The notes below the pieces were generated by a model. The model was not told the origin of the DNA, searched no databases, and saw only the letters and a program-made list of their open reading frames with translations. DNA of 51,131 bases, taken from assembly GCA_046597055.1 (NCBI GenBank), contig JBKJLC010000219.1, positions 1-51,131 on the forward strand. Reading direction: 5' to 3'. The translations under genes were made by a program, and so were the position numbers. Below, one piece after another: positions 30,514 through 40,700 of this stretch (the first letter of the stretch is position 1; every line of letters starts with the position of its first letter). The DNA is from Kofleriaceae bacterium (GTDB lineage: Bacteria > Myxococcota_A > Polyangia > Haliangiales > Haliangiaceae).

Positions 30514-33500
30514 TCACTGCGGTAACGGCGGCGGCGTGCTCTCGGGGAGTGCCGGCGGGCCGGGCGGGGGCGGCGGAGGTCCCGGCGGTGGTGGCGTCGG
30601 TCGGGCCGGTCGCAGCCGCCGCATCGGCGGCGTCTCGATCACGAAGGCCTGCACGGCCGGGCTGGCCGCGACCTCGATCACCTGACACCGCACGTCGAGG
30701 TCGTTGTTGTCGGCGGTCCACATCAGTGAGGTCATGAAGCTCTCGTCGGCGACGTCGCCGCCGAGCGGCACGACGCAGACCGTGGCCGGGCCCGGCGCGA
30801 CCGAGGCGAAGCCCTGGAGATCTCCATCGCGATACAGCGCCGCGCCGGCGTCGGTGCGGGTGTTGACATCGAGCTTGCGGGCGTTGCCGACCGAGCTGCG
30901 AGACGCCCGGTACACCAGCGCGCGCAGGGCCTGGACCTGGGTGGGCGGCCGGGTCAGCCGGCCCGGTACCACCACCACCTGGGCCGACGCGAGGGTCGCG
31001 GCTCGATCGGCGCGGACGATGATGTCGAGGATGGTCCCGCGCAGATCGACCGCCAGCGAGGCGCGGGTCACCGTGCCGGCCACCGGGACCAGCTCGGTGT
31101 GGCTGACCAGCTGATAGCCGAGCGCCGACTGGGCCGCGGACATCAGGTGGAGCCGGACACCGCCGGCGAGCCCGCTGGCGGTCCACACGCCGCTGGGATC
31201 GCGCTGGGGCATCTGGTTGAAGCCGAGGTCGGGGAGGTAGTTGATGCCGAGCCCCATCGGGCTGAACCGAGCCGCGCGCGCCAGCAGCGGCGTGGGCCCG
31301 GCGGTCGCCGGCGTCACCGTCAGGTCGATCGCGATCCCGCCGGTCGGCACGATGCGGACGTCGGTCGCGCGGCTGCGGCCGGCGATCGGCGCCGAGCGGC
31401 GGTCGCCCTTGGAGGCCACGATCACCGACTCCTGGACCGTGGTCACCTCGAAGCGGCCGTCGGCGCCGGTGGTCACCCGCGGCGGCGGCGGCAGGGGGCC
31501 CAGGCTGACCGGGTAGGGCTCGCCGTTGCTACCGACCAGCAGCATGGGGCCGACTTGCACGGTGGCGCCCGCGACCGCGCGACCGGTCTCGTCGATGACG
31601 CGGCCGCGAAACATCTGGGTCGGGATGCCAGGTCCGACCGGCTCGGCCGGGTCGAGCGAGGCGTCGAACAGCGCGCGCGCCTCGTCGGGTCGGGTCAAGG
31701 TCAGCTGCCACGCCAGCGACATCCGCTGGTTGCGGGTGAGTCGGTGATCGTCGCCGAAGGTGGCGCGCAGCAGCTCGAGCGCCTGCCGCTCGAGCTCGAC
31801 CGCCCGCGCCAGATCACCGGGGCCGTTGCGCAGCCACCGGTAGCCGGCCTCGCGGTTGGCGGCCCGGCCCGCGCGCCGCGCATCGGGCGCGCTCTCGAAC
31901 GCGGTGCGCGCGCCCGCCGCGAGCGTGATTGCCTGATCGAGGTCGCCGTGATCGGCGGCGACCGCGGCCAGGATCAGATCGACCCCGGCGCGCAGCGCGG
32001 GCGCGCCCCCGGCGCGCTCGATCGCGATCGTGACGGTGGCGGCAAGCTCGCGCACGAGCGAGGTGTCGGAGGTGCGCCCGGTCACGCACTCGAGCTGGCC
32101 GAGCAGCGCAGTCGCGCGCAGGCCGTCGGCGGCGGCGCGATCGGCGACGCTGGCCGCCTCCTGGAACAGCGGCTCGGCGGCCGCGGTCTTGTCGTCCATC
32201 TGCTCGATGGTGGCCTGCGCGACCAGCGCGACCGCGAGGGCGGCCGGGTAGGGCGTGACCGCGCGGGCGTCGACGACCACCGGCTCGATCCGGGCGCGCG
32301 CGCGATCGAGCTTGCCGGTGCGGGCCAGGAAGCCGGCGGTGGCGACCTCGCGGTGGACCGCGGCGATGCTGGCGCGCAGCGCCGGGTCGCCGGGCAACGG
32401 CGGCAGCAGCGGCCGGCGTCCGGTCCAGCAGCCCTCGGCCGAGGCCAGCAGCGCGATCGGCGTGGTCGCGCGGAGCTGATCGATCGGCGTGGTCTCGAGC
32501 CACCACACCATCGCGGCCAGGTCGTCGCGCGCCGCCTGCAGGCAGGCTAGCCGCGGGTGCAGGCCGGGCGCGTCGGGCTGCCGGCAGGTCTGATCCCACA
32601 CGCCGCGCCAGCCGGTGACGAAGCCGTCGAGGCTGGTCCGCACCGCGCGCGAGGTCTCGGTGTCGCCCAGCCGGGTCGCGATCCGCGCGGCGATCGCGGG
32701 GGTCCAGGCCGCCGCCAGCTCGGCGTCGCGGGTGGCGCACGCGAGCGGCGCCGCCACCCCGGCCGGGGCGGGCGGCGCGTCGTTGTTCTTGACCGCCGCG
32801 ATCACCAGGCCGCCGCCGATCATCGCGGTCGCCAGCACCGCGGCGATGATCCGCGGCGGGCGGCGCTGCCGCTCGAGCGCCGACAGCAGCGCGCCCATGG
32901 CGGGGAACCGTCGGGCCGGCTCGCGGGCCAGGCCGCGCAGCAGCGCAGGCCGCAACCGGCGCGGCACCTCGCCCTCCGGCACCGCGGCCTCGATCGCGCG
33001 GCGCAGCTCGTCGAAGGTGTGGCCGCGGAACGGGCGCGCGCCGGCGAGCGCCTCCCAGAGCGTGACGCAGAACGAGAACTGGTCGGCGCGCGGGCCGGCG
33101 CCGCCCAGGTACTGCTCGGGCGCCATGTATGCCGGCGTGCCCAGCATCGCGCCGGTGCGGGTCAGCGGGTTCGACAGGCTGCCGTGGTCGTTGCGCGCGG
33201 CCGGCGGCGCGCGCCCCGGGGGCGGGGTCGAGCTCCCGGCGGTCAGGGTGTCGCCGAGCGCGGCGCCGGCCACGCCGGTGGCGAGCGGTCCGGAGCCGGT
33301 CACCGGCGTCGCGGTCTCGTCGAACGCGCGGGCCAGCCCGAAGTCGGTGACGACCACCCGCCCGTCGCGGCCGACCAGCACGTTGGCCGGCTTGAAGTCG
33401 CGGTGGATCAGGCCGCCGGCGTGGGCGGCGGCCAGCCCGCGCCCGGCCGCGAGGAACACCCGCAGCACCTCGTCGGTGGTGCGGCGCTCGGCCAGCCACT

Positions 33501-33864
33501 CGGCGGCGCTGTGGCCGTCGATCAGCTCCATCGCGACGAAGTCGGTGGCGCCGTCGGAGCCGACCTCGTAGACGGTGATCACGTTCGGATGCGACAGCTT
33601 CGCCATCGCGCGCGCCTCGCGCAGCAGGCGGGCGCGCGCCTGCGCGGGCGCGTCGTCGCCGACGCGGCGCAGCAGCTTGAGCGCGACCTGGCGATCGAGA
33701 TCGGGATCGAGCGCGGCGTACACCACGCCCATGCCGCCGGCGCCGAGCGCGCGGTCGATCTGGTAGCGGCCGACCGTGTCGCCGGGGCGTGGCAGCGCGC
33801 CGGCCGGCCGCGCCGCGACCGGGGGGCCTGCCGCGGTCTCGGCCAGCTCGTCGCCAGTCGCCAT
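30514..33864 (-). CDS. Membrane Ser/Thr protein kinase with extracytoplasmic TPR-like and carboxypeptidase-regulatory-like domains
   Basis: LGAGGMGVVY, VALK, HRDFKPAN, DFG, GTPAYMAPE, DQFSFCV, a TM helix, helical repeats, FRGRVIDETGRAVAGATV. Confidence 0.92.
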   Translation of the reverse strand: MATGDELAETAAGPPVAARPAGALPRPGDTVGRYQIDRALGAGGMGVVYAALDPDLDRQVALKLLRRVGDDAPAQARARLLREARAMAKLSHPNVITVYEVGSDGATDFVAMELIDGHSAAEWLAERRTTDEVLRVFLAAGRGLAAAHAGGLIHRDFKPANVLVGRDGRVVVTDFGLARAFDETATPVTGSGPLATGVAGAALGDTLTAGSSTPPPGRAPPAARNDHGSLSNPLTRTGAMLGTPAYMAPEQYLGGAGPRADQFSFCVTLWEALAGARPFRGHTFDELRRAIEAAVPEGEVPRRLRPALLRGLAREPARRFPAMGALLSALERQRRPPRIIAAVLATAMIGGGLVIAAVKNNDAPPAPAGVAAPLACATRDAELAAAWTPAIAARIATRLGDTETSRAVRTSLDGFVTGWRGVWDQTCRQPDAPGLHPRLACLQAARDDLAAMVWWLETTPIDQLRATTPIALLASAEGCWTGRRPLLPPLPGDPALRASIAAVHREVATAGFLARTGKLDRARARIEPVVVDARAVTPYPAALAVALVAQATIEQMDDKTAAAEPLFQEAASVADRAAADGLRATALLGQLECVTGRTSDTSLVRELAATVTIAIERAGGAPALRAGVDLILAAVAADHGDLDQAITLAAGARTAFESAPDARRAGRAANREAGYRWLRNGPGDLARAVELERQALELLRATFGDDHRLTRNQRMSLAWQLTLTRPDEARALFDASLDPAEPVGPGIPTQMFRGRVIDETGRAVAGATVQVGPMLLVGSNGEPYPVSLGPLPPPPRVTTGADGRFEVTTVQESVIVASKGDRRSAPIAGRSRATDVRIVPTGGIAIDLTVTPATAGPTPLLARAARFSPMGLGINYLPDLGFNQMPQRDPSGVWTASGLAGGVRLHLMSAAQSALGYQLVSHTELVPVAGTVTRASLAVDLRGTILDIIVRADRAATLASAQVVVVPGRLTRPPTQVQALRALVYRASRSSVGNARKLDVNTRTDAGAALYRDGDLQGFASVAPGPATVCVVPLGGDVADESFMTSLMWTADNNDLDVRCQVIEVAASPAVQAFVIETPPMRRLRPARPTPPPPGPPPPPPGPPALPESTPPPLPQ

Positions 33865-33992
33865 GCGGCGCGGAGGATAGCGCGCAATCGACGCCACGAC
33901 AGCGCGCGGCGCCCCGACCCCGCCGGTTTTGCGCAGCATTGCCAGGCACTTCCCCCGTTGCGCCCGGGGCCGGCTCGTCCCACGCTAGCAGG

Positions 33993-34346
33993 ATGAGCAT
34001 CGACATCACCTTCCGCGGAATGGAGAGCTCCGAGTTTGTCGTTGCGCGTGCCAACGAGCACGCGCAGCACCTCATGGAGCTCGCGCCCGAGATCGTCGGG
34101 TGTCGCGTCGTGATCGAGGCACCCACGGCGCATCACAATCACGGCCAGCCATTCCACGTCCGGCTCCACCTGCAGGTGCCCGGCAACGACATCGTGGTCG
34201 ATCGCGACCCCGGCCGCGGCCCCCAGGCCCACGAGGACGTCTACGTGGCGCTCAACGACGCCTTCCACGTCGCGCGCCGTCAGGTGGAAGAGCTCAACCG
34301 CAAGCGTCGCGAGGAGGCGCGCCGCGCCGACGTCGGCGCCCCCTGA
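33993..34346 (+). CDS. HPF/RaiA family ribosome-associated protein
   Basis: IDITFRGME, CRVVIE, FHVRLHLQVPG, HEDVYVALNDAF. Confidence 0.9.
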   Translation: MSIDITFRGMESSEFVVARANEHAQHLMELAPEIVGCRVVIEAPTAHHNHGQPFHVRLHLQVPGNDIVVDRDPGRGPQAHEDVYVALNDAFHVARRQVEELNRKRREEARRADVGAP

Positions 34347-34374
34347 GCCACGGCGCATTCCCTGACCCGGTCGG

Positions 34375-35973
34375 TCAGGCGGCGACCACGGTCGCCATCG
34401 TCCGCGGGACGATCGCGGCCTGGCACAGCAGCTCGGCGCGCGGCGCCGGCGACGCCTCCAGCAGGCGGACCTTGCGCGCCGCGGCCTCGAGGGTCAGCTC
34501 GATGCCGTGATCGGCGAGCGCCGGACCGAACCGGTAGGCCATGCGCTCGAGCCGGCGAAAGGTCGACGCGTAGGCCTGGGTCACGATCGGATCGAAGCTC
34601 GCGGTCGAGATCGGATTGGTCGCCAGCAGGCGGCGCATCCGGTTGGACGGCAAGAACGACAGCACCGTCACCGCCGGGTGGGTCTCGTGCAGCGCGGCCG
34701 ACACCTTCTCGTAGCGGGTGAACGCGACCGTCTTGTAGTCCTGGACCAGCACCCACAGCAGGCTGTGGCGGTGGTTGAAGCCGGCCTGATCGGTGATCAC
34801 CGGCAGGAACGGATCGACGATCACGACCAGGTTGGCGCCGCGCTCGACCGCGCTCGCGATGTTGGTCGTGCGGGTGACGAACCCGTCGGTGTAACGGCGT
34901 CCGTCGATGGTCACCGAGGTCAGGAACGGGTGGATCGCCGAGGACGCCTGGACCGCGCGGCTGATCGGCACGTGGCCGTACATCTCGGCGCCGAACAGCA
35001 CGTGCTCGCGGCTGTCCTGGTCGGTGGCGCCGATGTAGAGCTCGCGCGGCAGCCGGCGGAAGTCGTCGGTGCGGCCGGGCCGCGACAGCAGCTCGGCCAT
35101 CTTGCGCTGCTTGGCGTCGACCTGGAAGAACGGTCCGAACAGCGGCGCGAGCTGCGACAGCGCGGCGGTGAGGTTCAGCCGCTCCTCACCGCGGCGGACC
35201 CGCTGGGCGTAGGCCCGCAGGTGCGCCGCGACCGAGCACACCCGGGTCGGGATGTCCCGGGTGTTGAGCCCCGATAGCGACAGCTCGAGGCTCATGCCGT
35301 CGCGATTGCCGGGATCGACCTCGCGCAGCAGCTCGTCGAGCGCGATCCGGTTGGCGACCAGTGAGGTCACGATCGCGCCGGCGCTGATGCCGAAGAAGAG
35401 ATCGAAGTCGTGGATCGAGAACCCGCCGAGGGTGTCCTCGAGGCACTTCAGCACGCCGAGCTCGTAGTAGACGCCCGTGATGCCGCCGCCGGCCGCACAC
35501 AGCGCCTTGCGGCTGGGCGGTGGGCGCACCGCGGCCGCGAGCTGGGCCGCCAGCGCGTCGACCCCGGCGGCGTCGGCCGGCGCGGCCAGCCAGCCGCCGA
35601 CGCGGCGCTGGCCGAGCTCGAACAGGACCGCCTCGCGGCGCGGCGCGCCGCCGACCACGGCGAGGATCCGATCGCGGCGGAACCGGCGCTCGCGGTCGCG
35701 CTCGGCGCGCTGACCGGCGAGGAAGCCGTCGAGCAGCGCGAGCGGCGCGTCGCCGTCGGCGTCGATCAGCACCGCGTCGAAGTGGGCCTCGAGGGTGCGG
35801 CCGATCGCGGCCGACACGTCGGTCGCCAGCTCGAGCTCGAAGGCGGTGGCGCCGGTGCCGACCCGCCAGATCGGGGCCCGGCCGAACACCGCGGCGGGGA
35901 AGGTGATGCGGGCGGCCTCGATCAGACGATCAAGCGAGGCCAGCGACGACGCCAGGTACAACACCGCGGTCAC
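34375..35973 (-). CDS. Patatin-like phospholipase with N-terminal receiver-like region
   Basis: GGGITG, GISAG nucleophile, ASSAIHP, YTDGF. GTG 35973 chosen because TACACT lies 7 nt upstream. Confidence 0.88.
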   Translation of the reverse strand: MTAVLYLASSLASLDRLIEAARITFPAAVFGRAPIWRVGTGATAFELELATDVSAAIGRTLEAHFDAVLIDADGDAPLALLDGFLAGQRAERDRERRFRRDRILAVVGGAPRREAVLFELGQRRVGGWLAAPADAAGVDALAAQLAAAVRPPPSRKALCAAGGGITGVYYELGVLKCLEDTLGGFSIHDFDLFFGISAGAIVTSLVANRIALDELLREVDPGNRDGMSLELSLSGLNTRDIPTRVCSVAAHLRAYAQRVRRGEERLNLTAALSQLAPLFGPFFQVDAKQRKMAELLSRPGRTDDFRRLPRELYIGATDQDSREHVLFGAEMYGHVPISRAVQASSAIHPFLTSVTIDGRRYTDGFVTRTTNIASAVERGANLVVIVDPFLPVITDQAGFNHRHSLLWVLVQDYKTVAFTRYEKVSAALHETHPAVTVLSFLPSNRMRRLLATNPISTASFDPIVTQAYASTFRRLERMAYRFGPALADHGIELTLEAAARKVRLLEASPAPRAELLCQAAIVPRTMATVVAA

Positions 35974-36051
35974 CCGGGCGAGTGTAACGACGCCGGCCGC
36001 GTGACGAGGCTTCAAGATGAGCGGCGCCGGCCGCGCCTCGGTGCACCCGGT

Positions 36052-37668
36052 TCAGTAGCCGCGCCGGGCCTTCCAGGCGAGCAGCCATCGCACGTCGCCG
36101 ACGTCGGCGACCACGTAGACCGGGTCGCCCGCGAGCGGCTCGGCCAGGGTGTAGCGGGCGCCGACCCGGGTGGCGACCAGCTCGGTGGCGACCGGGCGGT
36201 CGGCGGCGAGGCCGTGCAGGCGAGCCGCGGTGAGGTCGACCTCGTCGGTGGCCGTGCTGATCGTGCGGCGGTCGGGGCCCAACGCGGCAACCGCGCTCTG
36301 GAAATGGTCGCCGTCGAGCTCGGCGATGCGCGCCAGGTCGGTGCGGACCAGCCCGGCCGGGGCCGGGTAGGCCGGGGCGACGTGCACGGTCAGGTGCAGG
36401 CGCACGCCGCGGATGTCGATCCCGGTGAAGCGGTCGCGGAGCTCGGCGCGGACGCCCTCGAGATCGCGCCGCAGCTGGGCGCGATCGCGGTGCTGCCACA
36501 TGAACCGATAGGCGTGGCGACGCTCGATCCACGCCTGCTCGGCGGCGGTGAGCGCGCGATCGGCGATCACCTCGAGGCGGCCGCCGATCATCTCGTAGCT
36601 CTGGTGGCGATCGTACGGGCGGCGGGCCCGGACCTCGCCGAACATCGGGAACGCCGAGAACGGATAGGCGTGGGTGCGCTGGTTGATCGCGAACACGTGG
36701 GCGGCGTGGACCAGCACGAACCCGGTGACGAACCCGGAGCCCCGGTGCGCGACCCGCGGCGCGGCGGCTGGTGCTGGTGCCGGTGTCGCCAGCAGGCGAT
36801 CCCAGTCGACGAACGCCGCCGCCAGCGGCAGCCAGTGCGGATTCCACAGGCCCATCACCACGCCGAGGCCGACCACCTCGATCGCCCACAGCGCGCCGGC
36901 CAGCGCGCGCAGCCGCGGCCTCGCGACCAGGAAGATGGCGGTCACCGGCACCAGCTGCCCGATCAGGTTGGCCAGCGCCGCGAGCTTCCAGCGCCAGGCG
37001 GACGCCAGCAGCCAGTCGGCCGCGTCGGTGCGCGGCACGCCGATCCGATCGAAGCGCGCCAGCAGCTGGTGGCGGAGGTTGTCGGACAGCACCCACGCGA
37101 GCGAGCCGCCACCGCTGTAGAGCTTGAAGCACGCCGCGGCGAAGAACGGCAACGCGATCGTGAGCTGGACCAGGCGCAGCGACGCCTGGTAGCCGGTGGC
37201 CGCCACCACCGGTGGCGCGCCGCGGAGCCGCCGCAGCCAGGCATCGACGCTCGCGGTGTCGCCGCCGCGGGCGCCGGCGAACCCGAGATGCGCCAGCAGC
37301 GGCAGGCTGTTGTGGTGCGACCAGGTCGCGGTGAACGCGACGTCGTAGCTCGCCAGCGCGAGGGTGGCGACCAGGCTCACCGCGTGGCTGGCGCGCGCGG
37401 ACAGCCCGACCAGCATCGACCAGGTCGCCGCCCACGCCACCGCGCGCAGCAGCTCGACCAGCGCTGCCGGCGGCTGCCCGGGGTAGAGCCACCACAGGCC
37501 GACCGGCCGGTACAGCGCGGCCGGGGCCCCGGCTGGATCGGACCCGTAGCCGGTTGCGCCGAGGCGCTGCAGCGTCCACAGGATCGAGATCGCGATCGCG
37601 ACCCGCAGCACCGCGACCCCGGTGCGGCCACCAGGCGCCAGCCAGTAGGTGCGCCACCACGCGGTCAT
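36052..37668 (-). CDS. Polytopic membrane protein, HTTM-like
   Basis: AVLRVAI, several TM helices, WSHH, FFAAACFKL, AYPFSAFPMF. Confidence 0.65.
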   Translation of the reverse strand: MTAWWRTYWLAPGGRTGVAVLRVAIAISILWTLQRLGATGYGSDPAGAPAALYRPVGLWWLYPGQPPAALVELLRAVAWAATWSMLVGLSARASHAVSLVATLALASYDVAFTATWSHHNSLPLLAHLGFAGARGGDTASVDAWLRRLRGAPPVVAATGYQASLRLVQLTIALPFFAAACFKLYSGGGSLAWVLSDNLRHQLLARFDRIGVPRTDAADWLLASAWRWKLAALANLIGQLVPVTAIFLVARPRLRALAGALWAIEVVGLGVVMGLWNPHWLPLAAAFVDWDRLLATPAPAPAAAPRVAHRGSGFVTGFVLVHAAHVFAINQRTHAYPFSAFPMFGEVRARRPYDRHQSYEMIGGRLEVIADRALTAAEQAWIERRHAYRFMWQHRDRAQLRRDLEGVRAELRDRFTGIDIRGVRLHLTVHVAPAYPAPAGLVRTDLARIAELDGDHFQSAVAALGPDRRTISTATDEVDLTAARLHGLAADRPVATELVATRVGARYTLAEPLAGDPVYVVADVGDVRWLLAWKARRGY

Positions 37669-37752
37669 GGGCCGCACGGTAGGCTTCCGAGGTTGCCGGC
37701 GCCAGGCCGGGACGCAAATCTGGCGGCGTCGCGATGCGGTACGATGGGATCG

Positions 37753-40700
37753 ATGAGCGACGACTGGCCCTGGAGACCGCGGCGGCCAACGGCCGCGACG
37801 GTCGACGAGGCCGCGACCCACACTTCGGTGGGGCCGCTCGACCCGCGCGAGCTGCGCGGCGTGCTGCTCCGGGGCGAGGTGCTGGCCGGCCGCTACCGGG
37901 TCGGCGCCACCCTCGGGCGTGGCGGCATGGGCGAGGTCTACGCGGTCGACGACCTCGAGCTCGATGAGGAGATCGCGCTCAAGCTGTTGCGGGTCGAGCT
38001 GTCGGCCGAGGCCGGCTACCGCGAGCGCCTGCGCAGCGAGGTCCGGCTGGCCCGGCGGGTCTCACACCCCAACGTCTGTCGCGTCCACGACCTTGGCCAG
38101 CACGGCGAGCACCTGTTCGTCACCATGGCGCGGGTGCCGGGCCAGAGCCTACGGCAGCTCCAGCGCGCGATCCGGGCCGGGGTCACGTCGCCGCTGGCGC
38201 TACCGGCGGTGGTCGATCTCGTGGGCCAGCTGTGCGCCGCGCTGGCCGCCGCCCACCGCGCCGGGGTGCTGCACAAGGACGTCAAGCCCGACAACATCCT
38301 GGTCGATGATGGTCGGGTGGTGCTGACCGACTTCGGCATCGCCAGCCTGGCCGGCGAGCTCGGCGAGCGGGTGGTGGTCGGCACCCCGTCCTACGTGGCG
38401 CCCGAGGTCGTGCGCGGCGAGGCATGCGACGGCCGCGCCGACGTTTACTCGGCGGCGGTGGTCGCCTACGAGCTGATCGCGGGCGCCCCGCCGTTCGAGG
38501 TCCGGTCGATGCGGGACGCGCTGCGCCAGGCGATCGAGCGCGAAGCGATGCCGCCCTTGCCCGACCGGGCTGCCGAGCCGGGCCCGCGCGCGGCGCTCGA
38601 GCGGGTGCTGGCCGCGGCGCTGACCACGGACCCGGCCGAGCGGACCGCGACCGTCGGGGAGCTGGCCGAGGGCCTGGCGGCCGCGCTGCGCGTGGTCGAC
38701 CCACCCGGCGATCCGGGCGGCACCACGCCCCCGGTCCCGACGCTCAAGGACGCGGTCACCGCGGTGGTCGCGCGCCGGCGCGCCGAGGCGCGGATCGCGA
38801 CCGTGCTCGCGTTCCACGGGGACGCGGTGACCAGCCGCGACACCACCGCGCCGCCGGGCGAGTCGACGACCGGCGGTGGCGCCGGCACCGAGGACGCCGA
38901 GCGCATCGTGATCGGGCTCGGCGGCTGGCCGATCGCGGTCGGCCCCGGCGCGCTGACCGCGCTGTTCGGTGCGCCGGTGTCGCTCGGCGACGACGCGATG
39001 CGGGCGGTGCGGGCGGCCCGCGCGCTGCTCGCGACCCGGCCGTCGGGTCGCGCCGGCATCGACACCACCCGCGTCATGATCCGACCCGGCGCCAGCGAGC
39101 CGGTGTCGCCCGAGGTCGGCCGGACCGCGGAGGCGCTGGCCGCGTCCGCGCCCGACGGCGAGCTGTGGCTGTCGGCGGCGGCGGCCCGCCAGGTCGCCGC
39201 CCACGTCGAGCTGGCCCCGGCGCCCGACGTGCTCGGCGCGCGGGTGCTGCGGGTGACCGGCCAGCGCATCGCGCCGCCGGCCGCGCGCGCGATGATCGCG
39301 CGGCCTCGCGAGCTGGCCCGGCTCGAGGCGGTGGCCCGGGCCTGCTTCGAGTCGCGCACGCCCCGGATCGTCGAGGTGCGGGGCGGCGGCGGCAGCGGCA
39401 AGACCCACCTGCGCGCGGCGTTCATGGCGCGGGTCAGCGAACGCCGCGACGTCGACTGGCTGTGCGCCGCGGCCGCGCCGCTCGGCGAGGCCGGGCCGCT
39501 TTCGCTGCTGCGCACCGCCGCGCCCGACTGGTACCAGGTCGCCGGCCGCGTCCCCGGCGATCGGGCCGGGACCCTGGCGGTGGCGCGCCGCTGGATCGAG
39601 GACCGCGCGGTGGTGCGCCCGGTGGCGGTGATGTTCGATGACGTCCAGTGGGCCGACGAGGCCTCGCGGGCGGTGGTCGCGCACCTGGCGACCCACCTCG
39701 AGGATCTGCCCGTCCTGGTGGTCGTGTGGTCGCGCGAGCCGGTCGGGCTTCCCGGCACCGAGGTGATCGAGCTGCTGCCGCTCGACCAGGCGACCGCGCT
39801 GCGGATCGCGCGCGAGGCGGCGCCGATCGCGAGCGAGGACGAGCTCGCCGAGGTGGTCCAGCGCGCCGGCGGCAACCCGTTCTTCCTCGAGGAGCTGGCC
39901 CGCGAGGTCGCCGAGCGCGGCGGCGGCGCCGACTCGACCCTGCCGCCGACGGTCGAGGCCGCGGTCCAGGCCCGGCTCGATCGCCTGTCGCAGGCGGCCG
40001 CCGAGCTGCTCGGTGCCGCCGCGGTGGTCGGCCGCGGCTTCTGGCGCGACGCCGCCCGCGCCGCGTTGCCGTCGCCGATGGCCGACGCCGAGCTCGACGT
40101 CGGCCTGGCCGAGCTCGAACGCCTGGGCCTGGTGTTCCCCGCGCCGCCGACCGGCATCGACGACGACCGCTACCAGTTCGGTCAGGCGCTGGTCCGCGAC
40201 GTCGCCTACCAGCGGTTGCCGCCGCGCGATCGTCGGCGCGCCCACGCCGCGGTGGCGCGCTGGCTGGCCGGCGAGCTCGACGCGACGCCGACGATCACCG
40301 GCTCGATCACCCCGACCCAGGGCCCGGCCGCCGATCCCGACCTGCTGTGGGCGCTCGCGCATCATCGCGAGCTGGGCGGCGACCTGGCCGGCGCCGCGGC
40401 CAGCTGGCGGATCGCCGGCATGCGCAGCCTCGAGCTGTTCGCCTACCAGCAGGCCTACGCCGCGCTGCGGCGCGCGTGGGATCTGGCAGGAGAGGGCGGC
40501 GGCGACGCGATCCTGGCCGAGCGTCTCGGCGAGGCCGCCAGCAGCGCCCACACTCTCGAGGCCGCCGAGGCCGCCTACGACAGCGCGCTGGCGGCCACCC
40601 CTGACCACGACGCACCGACCCGGGCCCGGCTGTGGTTCCGGCTCGGCCAGGTCGCCAGCGCCCGGTCCGATCAGACCCGCGCGCTGTTCTGCTTCGAGCG

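Noticed and set aside
33971..33986. Sigma54 promoter for the HPF gene (CGGCTCGTCCCACGCT)
   Set aside because: The -12 match is poor and the predicted +1 would fall inside the coding sequence.
35410..37752. N-terminal extension making a 2077-aa protein
   Set aside because: It is antisense to the patatin and HTTM-like genes; kinase homology and a -10 box support a start at 37753.
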